A DNA stretch of 64,000 bases from Thiotrichales bacterium. GTDB lineage: Bacteria > Pseudomonadota > Gammaproteobacteria > Francisellales > CACEW01. Under the pieces are notes generated by a model. That model made no database searches, was not told the DNA's origin, and was given only the letters and a program-made list of their open reading frames with translations. Shown here one piece after another: positions 30,488 to 40,603 of the stretch. The stretch covers positions 129,883-193,882 of the forward strand of contig CANJUQ010000001.1 of the NCBI GenBank assembly GCA_947478175.1, written 5' to 3'. How positions within the stretch are numbered: the stretch's first letter is position 1; every line of letters starts with the position of its first letter. The position numbers and the translations under genes are program-made.

Positions 30488-30642
30488 TTTTTAAAACCCC
30501 TAATTTCAAAAGCGCGCGATTGTAGCGAAAAACAAAAAGAGCTAATACAAAATCCAGTCAAAATCCAATTGCACCCAACCCCCATGTCTTTATAATCCCG
30601 GCTTCTTTTTTAGCGCCCCTTATCACATTTGGATTTGAATTT

Positions 30643-32727
30643 ATGTCTAAAAATATCGCTCAAGATTTTCTAGTCGAGATCGGCACCGAAGAACTGCCCC
30701 CCAAGGCTTTATTAAATCTTATTAATGCTTTCGAATCAGGCGTTAAAGACGGCTTAGAAAAGGCCCAGATCCCGTTTACCCAAATTACTTCTTTCGCCAC
30801 CCCAAGAAGACTCGCGCTCTTGATTCAAGACCTAGCTCCACAAGCTCAAGACCAGAAAATTTCTAAACGAGGCCCCGCTGTCTCAGCCGGTTTAGATCCA
30901 GCAGGAAACCCCAGCAAAGCTTTATTGGGATTTTTACAGTCCGTGAATACAGACTTGAATTCTTTAGGCCGAGAAAAAACAGATAAAGGCGAATATTTTC
31001 TCTACGAAGGTACTCAGACAGGTCAATCTATTGAAATTTTATTGCCCCCTATCTTAAAAAATAGCTTAGACAAATTACCCATCCCTAAAGTTATGCGCTG
31101 GGGATCCAGTGATATTACATTTGTCCGACCCGTCCAATGGATCGTCATGCTCTATGGTTCAGAAATTTTACCTGGAAATCTTTTAGGCCTAACTGCCGGA
31201 AGAATCACACGGGGTCATCGTTTCCATCATCCAGAACCTATTACTTTACAAGCGGCTCATACTTACGAAGCCCAATTATTACAATCTCAAGTGATTACTA
31301 ATTATTCTGAGCGCTCTGAAAATATTAAAAATCAAGTCAATCAAATCGCCCAAAAACATCAGGCCATTGCTTTACTTCCCCAAGATTTATTAGAAGAAAT
31401 TACCAGCATTAACGAATGGCCCCATGCCCTGCTATGCCAATTTGATCCTGAATTTTTAACCACGCCTCAAGAGGCTTTAATTTCAGCCTTACAGCAACAT
31501 CAAAAATGCATCGCGCTTGTAAATCTAGATAAAAATAAAAATCAAAAACTACTGCCCTGTTTTATTGCCATCGCGAATCTGGATTCTCAAGATCCACAAA
31601 AAGTTATTTCAGGCAATGAAAAAGTCGTCAGAGCAAGGCTCTCAGATGCCCGATTTTTTTATCAGACAGATTTGAAAACCCCCTTAGACCAGCACGAAGA
31701 CGCTCTGGCTAAACTGACCTATCAAGCCAAATTAGGCTCTATGTTGGACAAACAAAAACGCCTATCAAAATTAGCCTCTGAGATTGCCAAAAAACTAGGC
31801 TCTAATCCCCTCTTAGCCGAAAGATCAGGCCTGATTTCTAAAGCTGACTTAGTGTCTAATATGGTCATGGAATTCCCAGAATTGCAGGGCCTCATGGGCG
31901 AATATTATGCCCAGGCCATGGGAGAAAATCCTGAAGTTTGTTTAAGTCTAAAAGAACAATATTTCCCTAGATTTTCAGGCGATCAATTACCCAGCTGCTT
32001 AACAGGCATGGCGTTATCTCTGGCTGAAAAATTAGATGCTTTAGTGGGAATTTTTGGCATTGGAGAAAAACCTTCTGGATCCAAAGATCCCTTTGCGCTA
32101 AGACGTCAGGCTATTGGGTTAATCAGAATTTTGATCGAGAAAAAATTAAATTTAAATTTATTAGATTTAATTAATTTTTCTCAAAATCTTTATGGGAATT
32201 TGCTTTCTAATCCTAATACTCAAAAAGACGTCCAAGAATTTATCTTAGAAAGACTCAAAAATTATTTAATAGAAACCGGGATAAATCCCAATTTGTTTGA
32301 AGCCGTCAAATCAGTTTCTCCTTCGACACTGACTGATTTTGATTTGCGAATTAAAGCAGTCATGGATTTTCTAAAACTTCCCGAGGCTGCAAGCTTGGCC
32401 GCTGCGAGTAAGCGCGTGAAAAACCTCTTGTCTAAATCAGAAGGTTCTCATGGCTCAGTCAATCCAGCGTTATTAAAAGATCCCGCTGAAAAAGAATTAT
32501 TTCAGGCTTTAATTCAGGCCCAAAAATTGGCTGACCCCAAATTAAAAAATCAAAATTACAGTGAATATTTACAAATTCTTTCCAGCTTAAAAAATCCAAT
32601 CGATCAATTTTTTGATCAAATTATGGTGCTGTGTGAAGAATCAGATCTCAGAAAAAATAGATTGGCTTTGTTAAACCAGGTCTCTCAGGCATTTTCTCAA
32701 GTCGCTGAGATTGGGTGTTTGGCGTAG
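30643..32727 (+). CDS. glyS: Glycine--tRNA ligase beta subunit
   Basis: DFLVEIGTEELPPKAL at the N-terminus. 694 aa, full length. Confidence 0.95.
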   Translation: MSKNIAQDFLVEIGTEELPPKALLNLINAFESGVKDGLEKAQIPFTQITSFATPRRLALLIQDLAPQAQDQKISKRGPAVSAGLDPAGNPSKALLGFLQSVNTDLNSLGREKTDKGEYFLYEGTQTGQSIEILLPPILKNSLDKLPIPKVMRWGSSDITFVRPVQWIVMLYGSEILPGNLLGLTAGRITRGHRFHHPEPITLQAAHTYEAQLLQSQVITNYSERSENIKNQVNQIAQKHQAIALLPQDLLEEITSINEWPHALLCQFDPEFLTTPQEALISALQQHQKCIALVNLDKNKNQKLLPCFIAIANLDSQDPQKVISGNEKVVRARLSDARFFYQTDLKTPLDQHEDALAKLTYQAKLGSMLDKQKRLSKLASEIAKKLGSNPLLAERSGLISKADLVSNMVMEFPELQGLMGEYYAQAMGENPEVCLSLKEQYFPRFSGDQLPSCLTGMALSLAEKLDALVGIFGIGEKPSGSKDPFALRRQAIGLIRILIEKKLNLNLLDLINFSQNLYGNLLSNPNTQKDVQEFILERLKNYLIETGINPNLFEAVKSVSPSTLTDFDLRIKAVMDFLKLPEAASLAAASKRVKNLLSKSEGSHGSVNPALLKDPAEKELFQALIQAQKLADPKLKNQNYSEYLQILSSLKNPIDQFFDQIMVLCEESDLRKNRLALLNQVSQAFSQVAEIGCLA

Positions 32728-32744
32728 CCATATCCAGATTATGT

Positions 32745-32777
32745 TTGGAATTTGACCTAAATTTGGTCAAATTCCAA
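32745..32777 (+). terminator. Perfect 13-bp stem hairpin downstream of glyS (TTGGAATTTGACC / GGTCAAATTCCAA), nested in an outer 12-bp inverted repeat (32739-32750 / 32806-32817)
   Basis: Read directly from the sequence. There is no strong T-tract, so terminator function is uncertain. Confidence 0.4.
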
Positions 32778-32842
32778 TGGTATTTCAGCCAAACAATGGC
32801 TAAAATCCAAACATAATAATTCTAGATAGAGATTGCCCCCAC

Positions 32843-34171
32843 ATGATCATGCACCGCCAAATTCTTTCAACTTTAAGCACTTGGGCGAAATCTAACCCCC
32901 GGAAGCCTTTGCTTCTCAGAGGGGCCAGACAAATTGGAAAAACCTTTGTTATCCAAGAGCTCGCTAAACAGTTTTCTTCTTTTGTCATGATTGATTTTGA
33001 ATTAGAGCCTCAGCTTAAAACTTGCTTTAACACACTGGTTCCCAATGAAATCATCCAAGCCATTAGCATTATCAAATCCACGCCCATCATCCCTGGTGAA
33101 ACACTTTTATTTTTAGATGAAATCCAAGACTGCCCAAATGCCATCCAGGCCCTTCGATATTTCAAAGAAAAATTACCAGCACTTCATGTCATTGCGGCAG
33201 GATCTCTTTTAGAGTTTGCCTTACACAGTGAAGAGATCAGCATGCCTGTCGGTCGCATTGAATATCTTTACATGACCCCTTGTAGCTTCGATGAATATTT
33301 ACAAAACTCAGGTCAAGAACAGGCTCGTGATTTATTAAACCAAGCAACGCTGCGCAATCCTCCCAGCCAAGCAGTTCATAAGTATTTACTTTCTTTATTT
33401 CAAAAATTTGTGATCACCGGCGGCATGCCGGAAGCTTTAAATGCTTGGATTGATACGGGGGATTGGCTCACAGTTCAGCGGGCTCAAAACAGTCTCTTAC
33501 AAACTTACCGGGATGATTTTGGGAAATATGCAACCTTTGCAGAACAGGTTTATTTACAAACAGTTTATGACAAAGTCCCTAGCATGATTGGCACTCAAAT
33601 TACTTATTCAAAGATTGACCCTGATGCTAAGTCTCGGGATTTAAAAAGAGCCATTACGCTTTTGGAATATGCTGGCCTAGTAAAACATATTTACGCAACA
33701 ACGGCTTCAGGACTGCCATTGAGCGCAACGATGAATGAAAAGAAATTTAAGCTCCATTTTTTAGATAGCGGCTTAGTTCAACGTAAAACTGGAATCTCGC
33801 CCCTGACTTTATTACAAGAAGATTTTTCACAAATTAATCAGGGGGCTCTAGCAGAACAAGTGGTTGCTCAGGAGTTACTGACCTATCAAGATCCGTTTGT
33901 ACCTCAAGAACTTTTTTTCTGGGCACGGGATGCCAAAAATGCACAGGCTGAAGTCGATTTTATTTTAAATATTGATAGCAAAATTATTCCCATCGAAGTG
34001 AAATCCAGTGCTACAGGGAAACTCAAATCACTGTTGTTACTCATGCAAGAAAGAAATTTATCCATAGGGATTAAAATCTCAACAGCGCCTCTTGGCCAAG
34101 ACGGTGCAGTCGTCAATATTCCGTTCTACATGATCAAACAATTAGTCACACAGTTGGGGCAATTAATTTAA
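32843..34171 (+). CDS. Stand-alone AAA+ ATPase with a DUF4143-type PD-(D/E)xK-like C-terminal domain
   Basis: Walker A GARQIGKT and Walker B LLFLDEIQ. The C-terminal EVDFILN....IIPIEVKSS is a nuclease-like D..E.K motif. Confidence 0.8.
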   Translation: MIMHRQILSTLSTWAKSNPRKPLLLRGARQIGKTFVIQELAKQFSSFVMIDFELEPQLKTCFNTLVPNEIIQAISIIKSTPIIPGETLLFLDEIQDCPNAIQALRYFKEKLPALHVIAAGSLLEFALHSEEISMPVGRIEYLYMTPCSFDEYLQNSGQEQARDLLNQATLRNPPSQAVHKYLLSLFQKFVITGGMPEALNAWIDTGDWLTVQRAQNSLLQTYRDDFGKYATFAEQVYLQTVYDKVPSMIGTQITYSKIDPDAKSRDLKRAITLLEYAGLVKHIYATTASGLPLSATMNEKKFKLHFLDSGLVQRKTGISPLTLLQEDFSQINQGALAEQVVAQELLTYQDPFVPQELFFWARDAKNAQAEVDFILNIDSKIIPIEVKSSATGKLKSLLLLMQERNLSIGIKISTAPLGQDGAVVNIPFYMIKQLVTQLGQLI

Positions 34172-34201
34172 CCCTCTAAATCTCCGGGCCCATTCAAACC
34201 T

Positions 34202-35569
34202 TTAAAAAATTGGCGATTTTTTACGATAGTTCACCGCTGCCCCCTGCCCAAAACGCTCTATGTGATCTGTCTTAACCAACTGAGATAAATAACGCCCCGC
34301 CGTGGGTCTTGAGACATTTAAGTACGACATCACGTCCCTGACAGCAATCATTTCTTGAGAATAAAATAATTCCATAATCTTTAAACTCGACTGCTCTTTG
34401 GACGTTTTGTCTGATTTTTCTGACCCACTAGCTCTTGGCAGAATGCATTTGATAAAACGATTGCCCTCCATCACAAGAGGCTTGGGTAAATGTCTTTCTC
34501 GAAAAGTTTTAAATAAAGTTAAGAACCCTGACCCTAATTTTTCGATATATCCCGCCTCTCTGAAAATTCGGCAGATGACATGATTTCGAATATAAGTCAC
34601 CCCCATTTCCAGATGATCCACAGAAATAGGCCCTGGGAATCCACCTGGGCTAAAAATTTCTATACGATCATCGAAAATAGAAATTTTAATAGGCCCGGGC
34701 AACGAATAATCCCGATGGACGACGGCATTAATAATCATTTCCCTGATGGCTATCTCTGGTATTTCTAACTGTTCAGTTCGCTGTATTTTTTTAATCTCAA
34801 ATGCATGATTCAACCGCGAGATCACAAATTGTATGGCTGCATTCACCTGAGACATTAAAGTCCCCATACAGTCCAAACTCGCCAGCGCATTTCGATCGGC
34901 TATTCCCGAGAAATGGGAACAAATAATAAAAGCTTCTGGATAATAACGGTCTGGAGATTTTCCAAATAATAAAAGCCCTGCCAATGTTGGATAAGTCTTT
35001 CCATGTTCTTCAATAATCAATCTGTAATGTCGAAGCTGATCTTGAATTTTTTCAGTCTTAAACGTATGGCGATTTTCATCGAGATAAGCTTTAAAAATTT
35101 CTAAGTTAATCTCATCAGGATTGGCCCCATAAACCGGCATTTCATCGACAGACAAGCCTTTACTACGCCAAGCTAATTCCCGAATAAACCCCGCATCTGC
35201 TTTGACTGTATGAGCCCCTGCTCGAATAAAAACACCGGCATTAAGGCCTAAGGCTGTTACAAAATAAGGCTTATTCATTCCTGAAGAAGCTTCAATCACA
35301 AGAACTACTTTTTCACCCAAACGTTGCGTATAGATCAACGGCAAAATGGTCGGTGTCGCACTTTGATAAATTGATTTTTGTAAGGCATCCATCAGATCTT
35401 CGATTGAATCTTCTGGAAGACCTATGATCTCACGATCATCATCGATACCCAGAATTAATTTCCCACCAAAATGATTACAGAAGGCCACAACAGTCTTCAC
35501 AATTTGCTGTTTCGTCGGAGCTTCTCTTTTAAACTCCAAGTGAGCGGATTCTTTATCTGGGTATTGCAT
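34202..35569 (-). CDS. Schlafen/AlbA_2-domain protein with an ATPase-like middle region and a C-terminal wHTH (RecG-like putative regulator family)
   Basis: ESAHLEFKRE....VVAFCNHFGGKLILGIDD is the AlbA_2 signature. The C-terminus LNVSRPTAGRYLSQLV is HTH-like. I prefer the ATG at 35569 to the TTG at 35572. Confidence 0.7.
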   Translation of the reverse strand: MQYPDKESAHLEFKREAPTKQQIVKTVVAFCNHFGGKLILGIDDDREIIGLPEDSIEDLMDALQKSIYQSATPTILPLIYTQRLGEKVVLVIEASSGMNKPYFVTALGLNAGVFIRAGAHTVKADAGFIRELAWRSKGLSVDEMPVYGANPDEINLEIFKAYLDENRHTFKTEKIQDQLRHYRLIIEEHGKTYPTLAGLLLFGKSPDRYYPEAFIICSHFSGIADRNALASLDCMGTLMSQVNAAIQFVISRLNHAFEIKKIQRTEQLEIPEIAIREMIINAVVHRDYSLPGPIKISIFDDRIEIFSPGGFPGPISVDHLEMGVTYIRNHVICRIFREAGYIEKLGSGFLTLFKTFRERHLPKPLVMEGNRFIKCILPRASGSEKSDKTSKEQSSLKIMELFYSQEMIAVRDVMSYLNVSRPTAGRYLSQLVKTDHIERFGQGAAVNYRKKSPIF

Positions 35570-35586
35570 CAAAAAGACTTCTCATC

Positions 35587-35670
35587 GAATCAATTGAGTT
35601 AATATTGAATCACAATGAGTCAATTGAGTCAATTGAGTCAGTTTTTATAAATTACCGACTCAATTGAGTC
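35587..35670. promoter_or_regulatory. Array of four CAATTG-centred 14-bp palindromic sites (GAaTCAATTGAGTt, GAGTCAATTGAGTC x2 overlapping, perfect GACTCAATTGAGTC)
   Basis: The sites are at 35587-35600, 35617-35630, 35626-39 and 35657-35670. A duplicated TTTTATAAAT follows two of them. The array lies directly upstream of the AlbA_2/wHTH gene. Confidence 0.5.
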
Positions 35671-35685
35671 TTTTATAAATACTAC

Positions 35686-36951
35686 TCAACCCAAATAAGG
35701 CTCCAAATCCCCCGGCCCCTTCAAAAAAGACGCTACTTGCCCAGCTATCTCACTAGTGCAATTCGCCCCCTGATTTCTCACCAGCCTAGGATCAAACAAA
35801 AAACTGACGAGCTCTCGCGGAACACCGGTTAATTCACCAGTAGTAATTCTTGTTTGAGCCTCTTGTGCAGCTTGTTCATGATGGATTGCCCTCAAGGGCA
35901 AAGCAGGTGATGCATAAATAGAGGTGGTTGTCACAGACCGACGAACCAGGCTAGTCACCCAAGAGCTGGCGTGAGCCCAACGTTCAGTGGCGAAGAGAGA
36001 AGGCCATATGATGGGATCGTCAACTAGTCCTAGCGGCACAGGCTCAGCACCCTCCACCCAATATCTCCATTCAGATTCAAAATCGCTTAAAGACTCTCTG
36101 ACACGGGATCCATTCGTAATTAAAAAATCCAAGAATCTGTCATCAAAGGGAAGACCGTCAATATGGCATTTCAATCTAACTCTAAGTGCTAGAGAAAGAG
36201 GCAATACATCATGAGGCATAGTTTTCGAAACAGTCATCAAGTATGGTTTCTCAGCTTTTTTCATGGGATCTGCACCTTTCATAATGAGAGCACGTGCTAA
36301 ATTAAATTTCCCTAGGTCAATAGCACAGGATAATGGGGTATGCCCACTCAAATTGAGTGAATTCAATAAAGGGCCACATTTACCCATCCAGATATTCAGG
36401 TTATTCACATCGTCGTCTATAAGATCGGTAGAGGAGGGATCCATCAAGGGGGTCAAAAAAAAGGCATGCGTGATTTCACGTAAGAACTTACGCCAACGAG
36501 GCCGACTAGGAACTACACGCAATAAACTGTCTAACAACTGCTTATGGCTCTGGTTGAACGACATAAAATCAGAACAATCTCCAACATATCCAATAGCATT
36601 TAAAAATACTTTGGCGATTCGATTTCTTTGAGAACCTTCCACCCAATCGCCTTGGGATTCATCACACACTAGGAGAATCCCTCTAAAAAACCTGTGGAGA
36701 GTTTCCTGTGTAACAATACAAGAAACAAAAGGAGAAAAATAATTAGCTGTGTCAATAGCTAATTCTGTGTGAAAATGTCCAAGAACTCCTTCCAATTGTT
36801 CTATTTTCGTTGTATCCGAAAAAAACCGACTCTCTCCTCTGAAAGAATTGACAAGTGAGGTAAGAGCATCAATTAATCTTTCCGCCATTTTATCGGGGGA
36901 CTCAAATAAATTATCTAACACAGAATTTCTATCTGTAGGTTCGCCTGACAT
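35686..36951 (-). CDS. Hypothetical 421-aa protein with at least one ankyrin-like repeat; effector candidate or partner of the upstream ATPase
   Basis: GHTPLSCAIDLGKFNLARALIMKGADP fits the ANK consensus. I recognised nothing else. Confidence 0.5.
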   Translation of the reverse strand: MSGEPTDRNSVLDNLFESPDKMAERLIDALTSLVNSFRGESRFFSDTTKIEQLEGVLGHFHTELAIDTANYFSPFVSCIVTQETLHRFFRGILLVCDESQGDWVEGSQRNRIAKVFLNAIGYVGDCSDFMSFNQSHKQLLDSLLRVVPSRPRWRKFLREITHAFFLTPLMDPSSTDLIDDDVNNLNIWMGKCGPLLNSLNLSGHTPLSCAIDLGKFNLARALIMKGADPMKKAEKPYLMTVSKTMPHDVLPLSLALRVRLKCHIDGLPFDDRFLDFLITNGSRVRESLSDFESEWRYWVEGAEPVPLGLVDDPIIWPSLFATERWAHASSWVTSLVRRSVTTTSIYASPALPLRAIHHEQAAQEAQTRITTGELTGVPRELVSFLFDPRLVRNQGANCTSEIAGQVASFLKGPGDLEPYLG

Positions 36952-37021
36952 AAAAATTGCCTTCTGTAATTTTTGAAGGGTGCATTAGAACTTATTTTTT
37001 GCTGGAATAAATCCTCTTTTT

Positions 37022-38197
37022 TTAGGAAAAATTAGGTACCGTTCGTTTTATAAACTGATCAAACAAAGGCACTGTAAACGCAATTTCTCCATGAGCCTGG
37101 CTATAAATCATTCCCTTTTTAATCAGCTTCTCTCGCACAGGGCCAAAGGCATTCGGAGGCATTTTTAAAATTTCTGCGACATCCCCAGATCGATAGGGTG
37201 AAGACTCTAACTCAGCCATGGCTCGTAAATAATTTCTTTCAGCTGGCGTGAGTCGATCAAAGCGAACCCGGAAAAAATTCTTATCCAATCGATCCATCAC
37301 TTGAGCTGATGCTTTTTTGATAATTTTTAAATCAATCTTTGGGCTATCTGCATAGTTCCAAGCTTGGTAACCCCACTCTTGAATAAAATAAGGGTATCCC
37401 TCTGTCATTTTAAAAATTTCTTTTAAAGCGTCAGGTGTAAAAGACACCCCCCTAGATTTGACGGGTTCTTGCAAGGCTCTTTCCATATCTTCAAACGATA
37501 AAGGCCCAACACTGGGGAATTGAAACAGGCGCTCTGAATAAGATTTTGATTCACCCACTAAAGCAGGCAGAACCGGCAGACCTGCTCCAATTAAAACAAC
37601 AGGTAATTGTTTTTGATGCATCTTGTGAATCGCCATGATCAAAGCACTCAGCTCTTGCTTAGAAAAATATTGAAGCTCATCAATTAAGATCGCCAATCCC
37701 GTATTTTTCTCTTTGGCTGCTTCCCCAACTGCAATAAATAAACTAGGCAAATCTAGTTCTATATCCCCACTATCTGCCGCGCCTAGCTCTGGCTCTATAT
37801 CTAGGCCCAGCTCTATATCACTGTATTTGACTTTTACAGCCGTAATAAAACTTTTTAAAACAGCTAATCCCCTGCGAGCTAGCTGATTCACGGCGGGATC
37901 TAACGAATGCAAAAACCGTCGCAAGGGTTGAATCAACATGACACTCAGCGATTTATCTTCATGAGATTCAATCAAAATGGTTTTGTAACCTGTGTTTTTT
38001 GCCAGTTGCTCCAATTTATTCAGCAAGACCGTTTTTCCAACACCACGAAGCCCTGTTAGCAACATGTCTTTTTCTGAACGTCCCGCTTTAACCCTCATCA
38101 ATAAAATTCTGGCCTCTTCTAAGATTTCATCCCGACCTGCACACTCAGGCGGTGGGTCTCCAGCCCCTGGAGAAAAAGGATTTTCAGCAATATCCAT
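37022..38197 (-). CDS. Stand-alone AAA+ ATPase (Orc1/Cdc6-like P-loop) with a C-terminal wHTH
   Basis: Walker A GLRGVGKT and Walker B LAILIDELQ. The C-terminus TPAERNYLRAMAEL...GDVAEIL is wHTH-like. Confidence 0.75.
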   Translation of the reverse strand: MDIAENPFSPGAGDPPPECAGRDEILEEARILLMRVKAGRSEKDMLLTGLRGVGKTVLLNKLEQLAKNTGYKTILIESHEDKSLSVMLIQPLRRFLHSLDPAVNQLARRGLAVLKSFITAVKVKYSDIELGLDIEPELGAADSGDIELDLPSLFIAVGEAAKEKNTGLAILIDELQYFSKQELSALIMAIHKMHQKQLPVVLIGAGLPVLPALVGESKSYSERLFQFPSVGPLSFEDMERALQEPVKSRGVSFTPDALKEIFKMTEGYPYFIQEWGYQAWNYADSPKIDLKIIKKASAQVMDRLDKNFFRVRFDRLTPAERNYLRAMAELESSPYRSGDVAEILKMPPNAFGPVREKLIKKGMIYSQAHGEIAFTVPLFDQFIKRTVPNFS

Positions 38198-38338
38198 TCA
38201 GATTCACCTTTAGAATTATAAAAAATCATAAAAAACTATAGAAACATATAAATAACTATATCCTGATTTGATAGATTCTAACAAGAGATAATTAGAATTA
38301 GTTATAATTACTTATAAATTCTAGCCAATCCCATAAAA

Positions 38339-38376
38339 TTCTGCGCCAAAATCAAAATTGTGATTTTGGCGCAGAA
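38339..38376. repeat. Perfect 16-bp-stem hairpin TTCTGCGCCAAAATCA-aaattg-TGATTTTGGCGCAGAA
   Basis: Read directly from the sequence. It lies between the sucD terminator and the ATPase gene promoter region. Confidence 0.7.
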
Positions 38377-38403
38377 ATACGATGGAAACCTTGCGAACGT
38401 AGA

Positions 38404-38437
38404 AACAAAAAAAGGGCGCAATCAATTGCGCCCCTAC
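38404..38437 (-). terminator. Rho-independent terminator of sucCD
   Basis: The minus strand reads GTAGGGGCGCAATTGATTGCGCCC followed by TTTTTTTGTTT, 22 nt after the sucD stop. The stem sequence is related to the GGGCGAAT...CCCCTAC hairpin family. Confidence 0.75.
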
Positions 38438-38458
38438 AGATTTTTCAAAAATAAAAAA

Positions 38459-39331
38459 TTACCAACCGGTCACTTGTTTGACTCCCAAGCCAATCTCAGC
38501 CGGTGATCTGACCGTATGAACCCCTGCCGCTTCCAAGGCTGCGAATTTTTCTTTCGCTGTGCCTTTTCCACCAGCAATGATCGCACCGGCATGACCCATG
38601 CGTTTACCCGCTGGAGCTGTTACGCCAGCAATGTAAGACACAACAGGTTTAGTCACGTACGCTTTAATAAACTCAGCGGCTTCTTCTTCAGCAGACCCAC
38701 CAATTTCACCGACCATAATAATGGCCTCGGTTTGAGGATCGGCTTGGAATAAAGCCAAAATATCAATGAAGTTCGAACCTGGAATTGGATCTCCGCCGAT
38801 ACCTACACAGGTACTTTGGCCAAAGCCTAGGGCTGTTGTTTGATGGACTGCTTCATAAGTTAAAGTCCCTGATCTGGAAACAATCCCGACCTTACCTCTT
38901 TGATGAATATAACCTGGCATGATCCCAATTTTGCATTCGCCGGGTGTAATTACCCCAGGACAGTTCGGACCAATGAGTCGGGACCCTGTATTTTCTAAAT
39001 ATCTTTTGACATTTAGCATATCTAAAACAGGGATACCCTCGGTAATACAAATAATTAATTTAATCCCTGCATCAGCCGCTTCAATAATAGAATCTGCCGC
39101 AAAAGGAGGTGGGACATAAATCATCGTCGCATCAATTTTGGCGAAGTCTGTTGCTTCTCTCACCGTGTTAAAAACAGGACGATCTAGATGTCTTTCGCCG
39201 CCTTTACCTGGCGTCACGCCTCCGACAAAATCAGTGCCATAAGCAATCGCTTGTTCAGAATGGAAAGTCCCTTGTTTGCCAGTAAAACCCTGACAAATCA
39301 CTTTCGTACTTTTGTTAATTAAAACACCCAT
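38459..39331 (-). CDS. sucD: Succinate--CoA ligase alpha subunit
   Basis: [23 protein letters not shown] and MGHAGAII. Confidence 0.95.
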   Translation of the reverse strand: MGVLINKSTKVICQGFTGKQGTFHSEQAIAYGTDFVGGVTPGKGGERHLDRPVFNTVREATDFAKIDATMIYVPPPFAADSIIEAADAGIKLIICITEGIPVLDMLNVKRYLENTGSRLIGPNCPGVITPGECKIGIMPGYIHQRGKVGIVSRSGTLTYEAVHQTTALGFGQSTCVGIGGDPIPGSNFIDILALFQADPQTEAIIMVGEIGGSAEEEAAEFIKAYVTKPVVSYIAGVTAPAGKRMGHAGAIIAGGKGTAKEKFAALEAAGVHTVRSPAEIGLGVKQVTGW

Positions 39332-39345
39332 GATTCTTTCCTTTC

Positions 39346-40512
39346 TTATTGATTCTTGACGGCTTCGACAATCTTAAGTGCCGCGTCTGTAAAGCTGGTC
39401 GCTGCGATAATATTCAGATTGGACCCGGCTAATTTTTCAGCGCCTAGTTTGGCATTCGTCCCTTCTAGTCTCACAACGACGGGGACATTCACGCCAACTT
39501 CTTTGACCGCTTCCATGATGCCATCTGCAATCATGTCGCATTTCACAATGCCACCAAAAATATTGACCAGGATGCCCTTCACTTTTTTGTCTGAAAGAAT
39601 AATTTTGAATGCTTCTGACACTCTTTCTTTATTTGCACCGCCACCGACATCCAAGAAATTCGCAGGGTTTCCGCCAGAAAGTTTAATTAAATCCATGGTT
39701 GCCATCGCAAGGCCGGCACCATTGACCATACAGCCGATATCACCATCGAGGGCAATATAATTTAACTGCCAGTCTTGAGCGCGTTGCTCTCTTTCGTCTT
39801 CTTGCGACGTATCTCTCATCTCAGCAATTCTAGGCTGACGGTACATCGCATTGTCATCGATATTAATTTTGCCATCTAAACAATGCAGATTGCCTTCTTT
39901 CGTAATAACCAAAGGGTTTATTTCTAAGAGTGAAAAATCAAAATCTTTAAACATCTTAGACAGACCTAATAAAATCTTAGTGAACTGTTTAATTTGATTA
40001 GCATCTAGGCCTAATTTAAAACCGACTTCTCGCGCTTGATACGGCATGGCGCCCACTAATGGATCGACAATAATTTTCAAAATCTTTTCAGGCGTGTTAT
40101 GCGCGACGTCTTCAATTTCTACACCGCCTTCAGTCGATGCCATGAAAACAATACGACGGCTCGCTCTATCAACAACAGCGCCCAAATACAGCTCTTTGGC
40201 AATATCTGTACAAGATTCAACCAGAATCTTAGTAATAGGTTGGCCATGTTCGTCTGTTTGGAAAGTCACCAAACGCTTGCCCATCATATTGCGAACAAAA
40301 TCTGCAACCTGATCTTTCGTCGAAACTAATTTCACCCCACCCGCTTTACCACGACCACCGGCATGAACCTGGGCTTTAACAACCCAACGCTCACCACCGA
40401 TTTTATCGACAGCACATAAAGCTTGTTCAACGCTCTCAACGGCATAGCCTTTAGAGACTGGTAGGCCGTATTCAGCAAAGAGTTCTTTGGCTTGATACTC
40501 ATGCAAATTCAT
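39346..40512 (-). CDS. sucC: Succinate--CoA ligase beta subunit
   Basis: [27 protein letters not shown] and NIFGGIV.C. Confidence 0.95.
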   Translation of the reverse strand: MNLHEYQAKELFAEYGLPVSKGYAVESVEQALCAVDKIGGERWVVKAQVHAGGRGKAGGVKLVSTKDQVADFVRNMMGKRLVTFQTDEHGQPITKILVESCTDIAKELYLGAVVDRASRRIVFMASTEGGVEIEDVAHNTPEKILKIIVDPLVGAMPYQAREVGFKLGLDANQIKQFTKILLGLSKMFKDFDFSLLEINPLVITKEGNLHCLDGKINIDDNAMYRQPRIAEMRDTSQEDEREQRAQDWQLNYIALDGDIGCMVNGAGLAMATMDLIKLSGGNPANFLDVGGGANKERVSEAFKIILSDKKVKGILVNIFGGIVKCDMIADGIMEAVKEVGVNVPVVVRLEGTNAKLGAEKLAGSNLNIIAATSFTDAALKIVEAVKNQ

Positions 40513-40603
40513 TTGATTTTTCCATCCTTAATTAATAAGCCTCAAAAAAAGCGGGCGGAGTGTACCAAGTTCGATTGCCTCGGCCAATTGGGATTAAAAA
40601 AAT

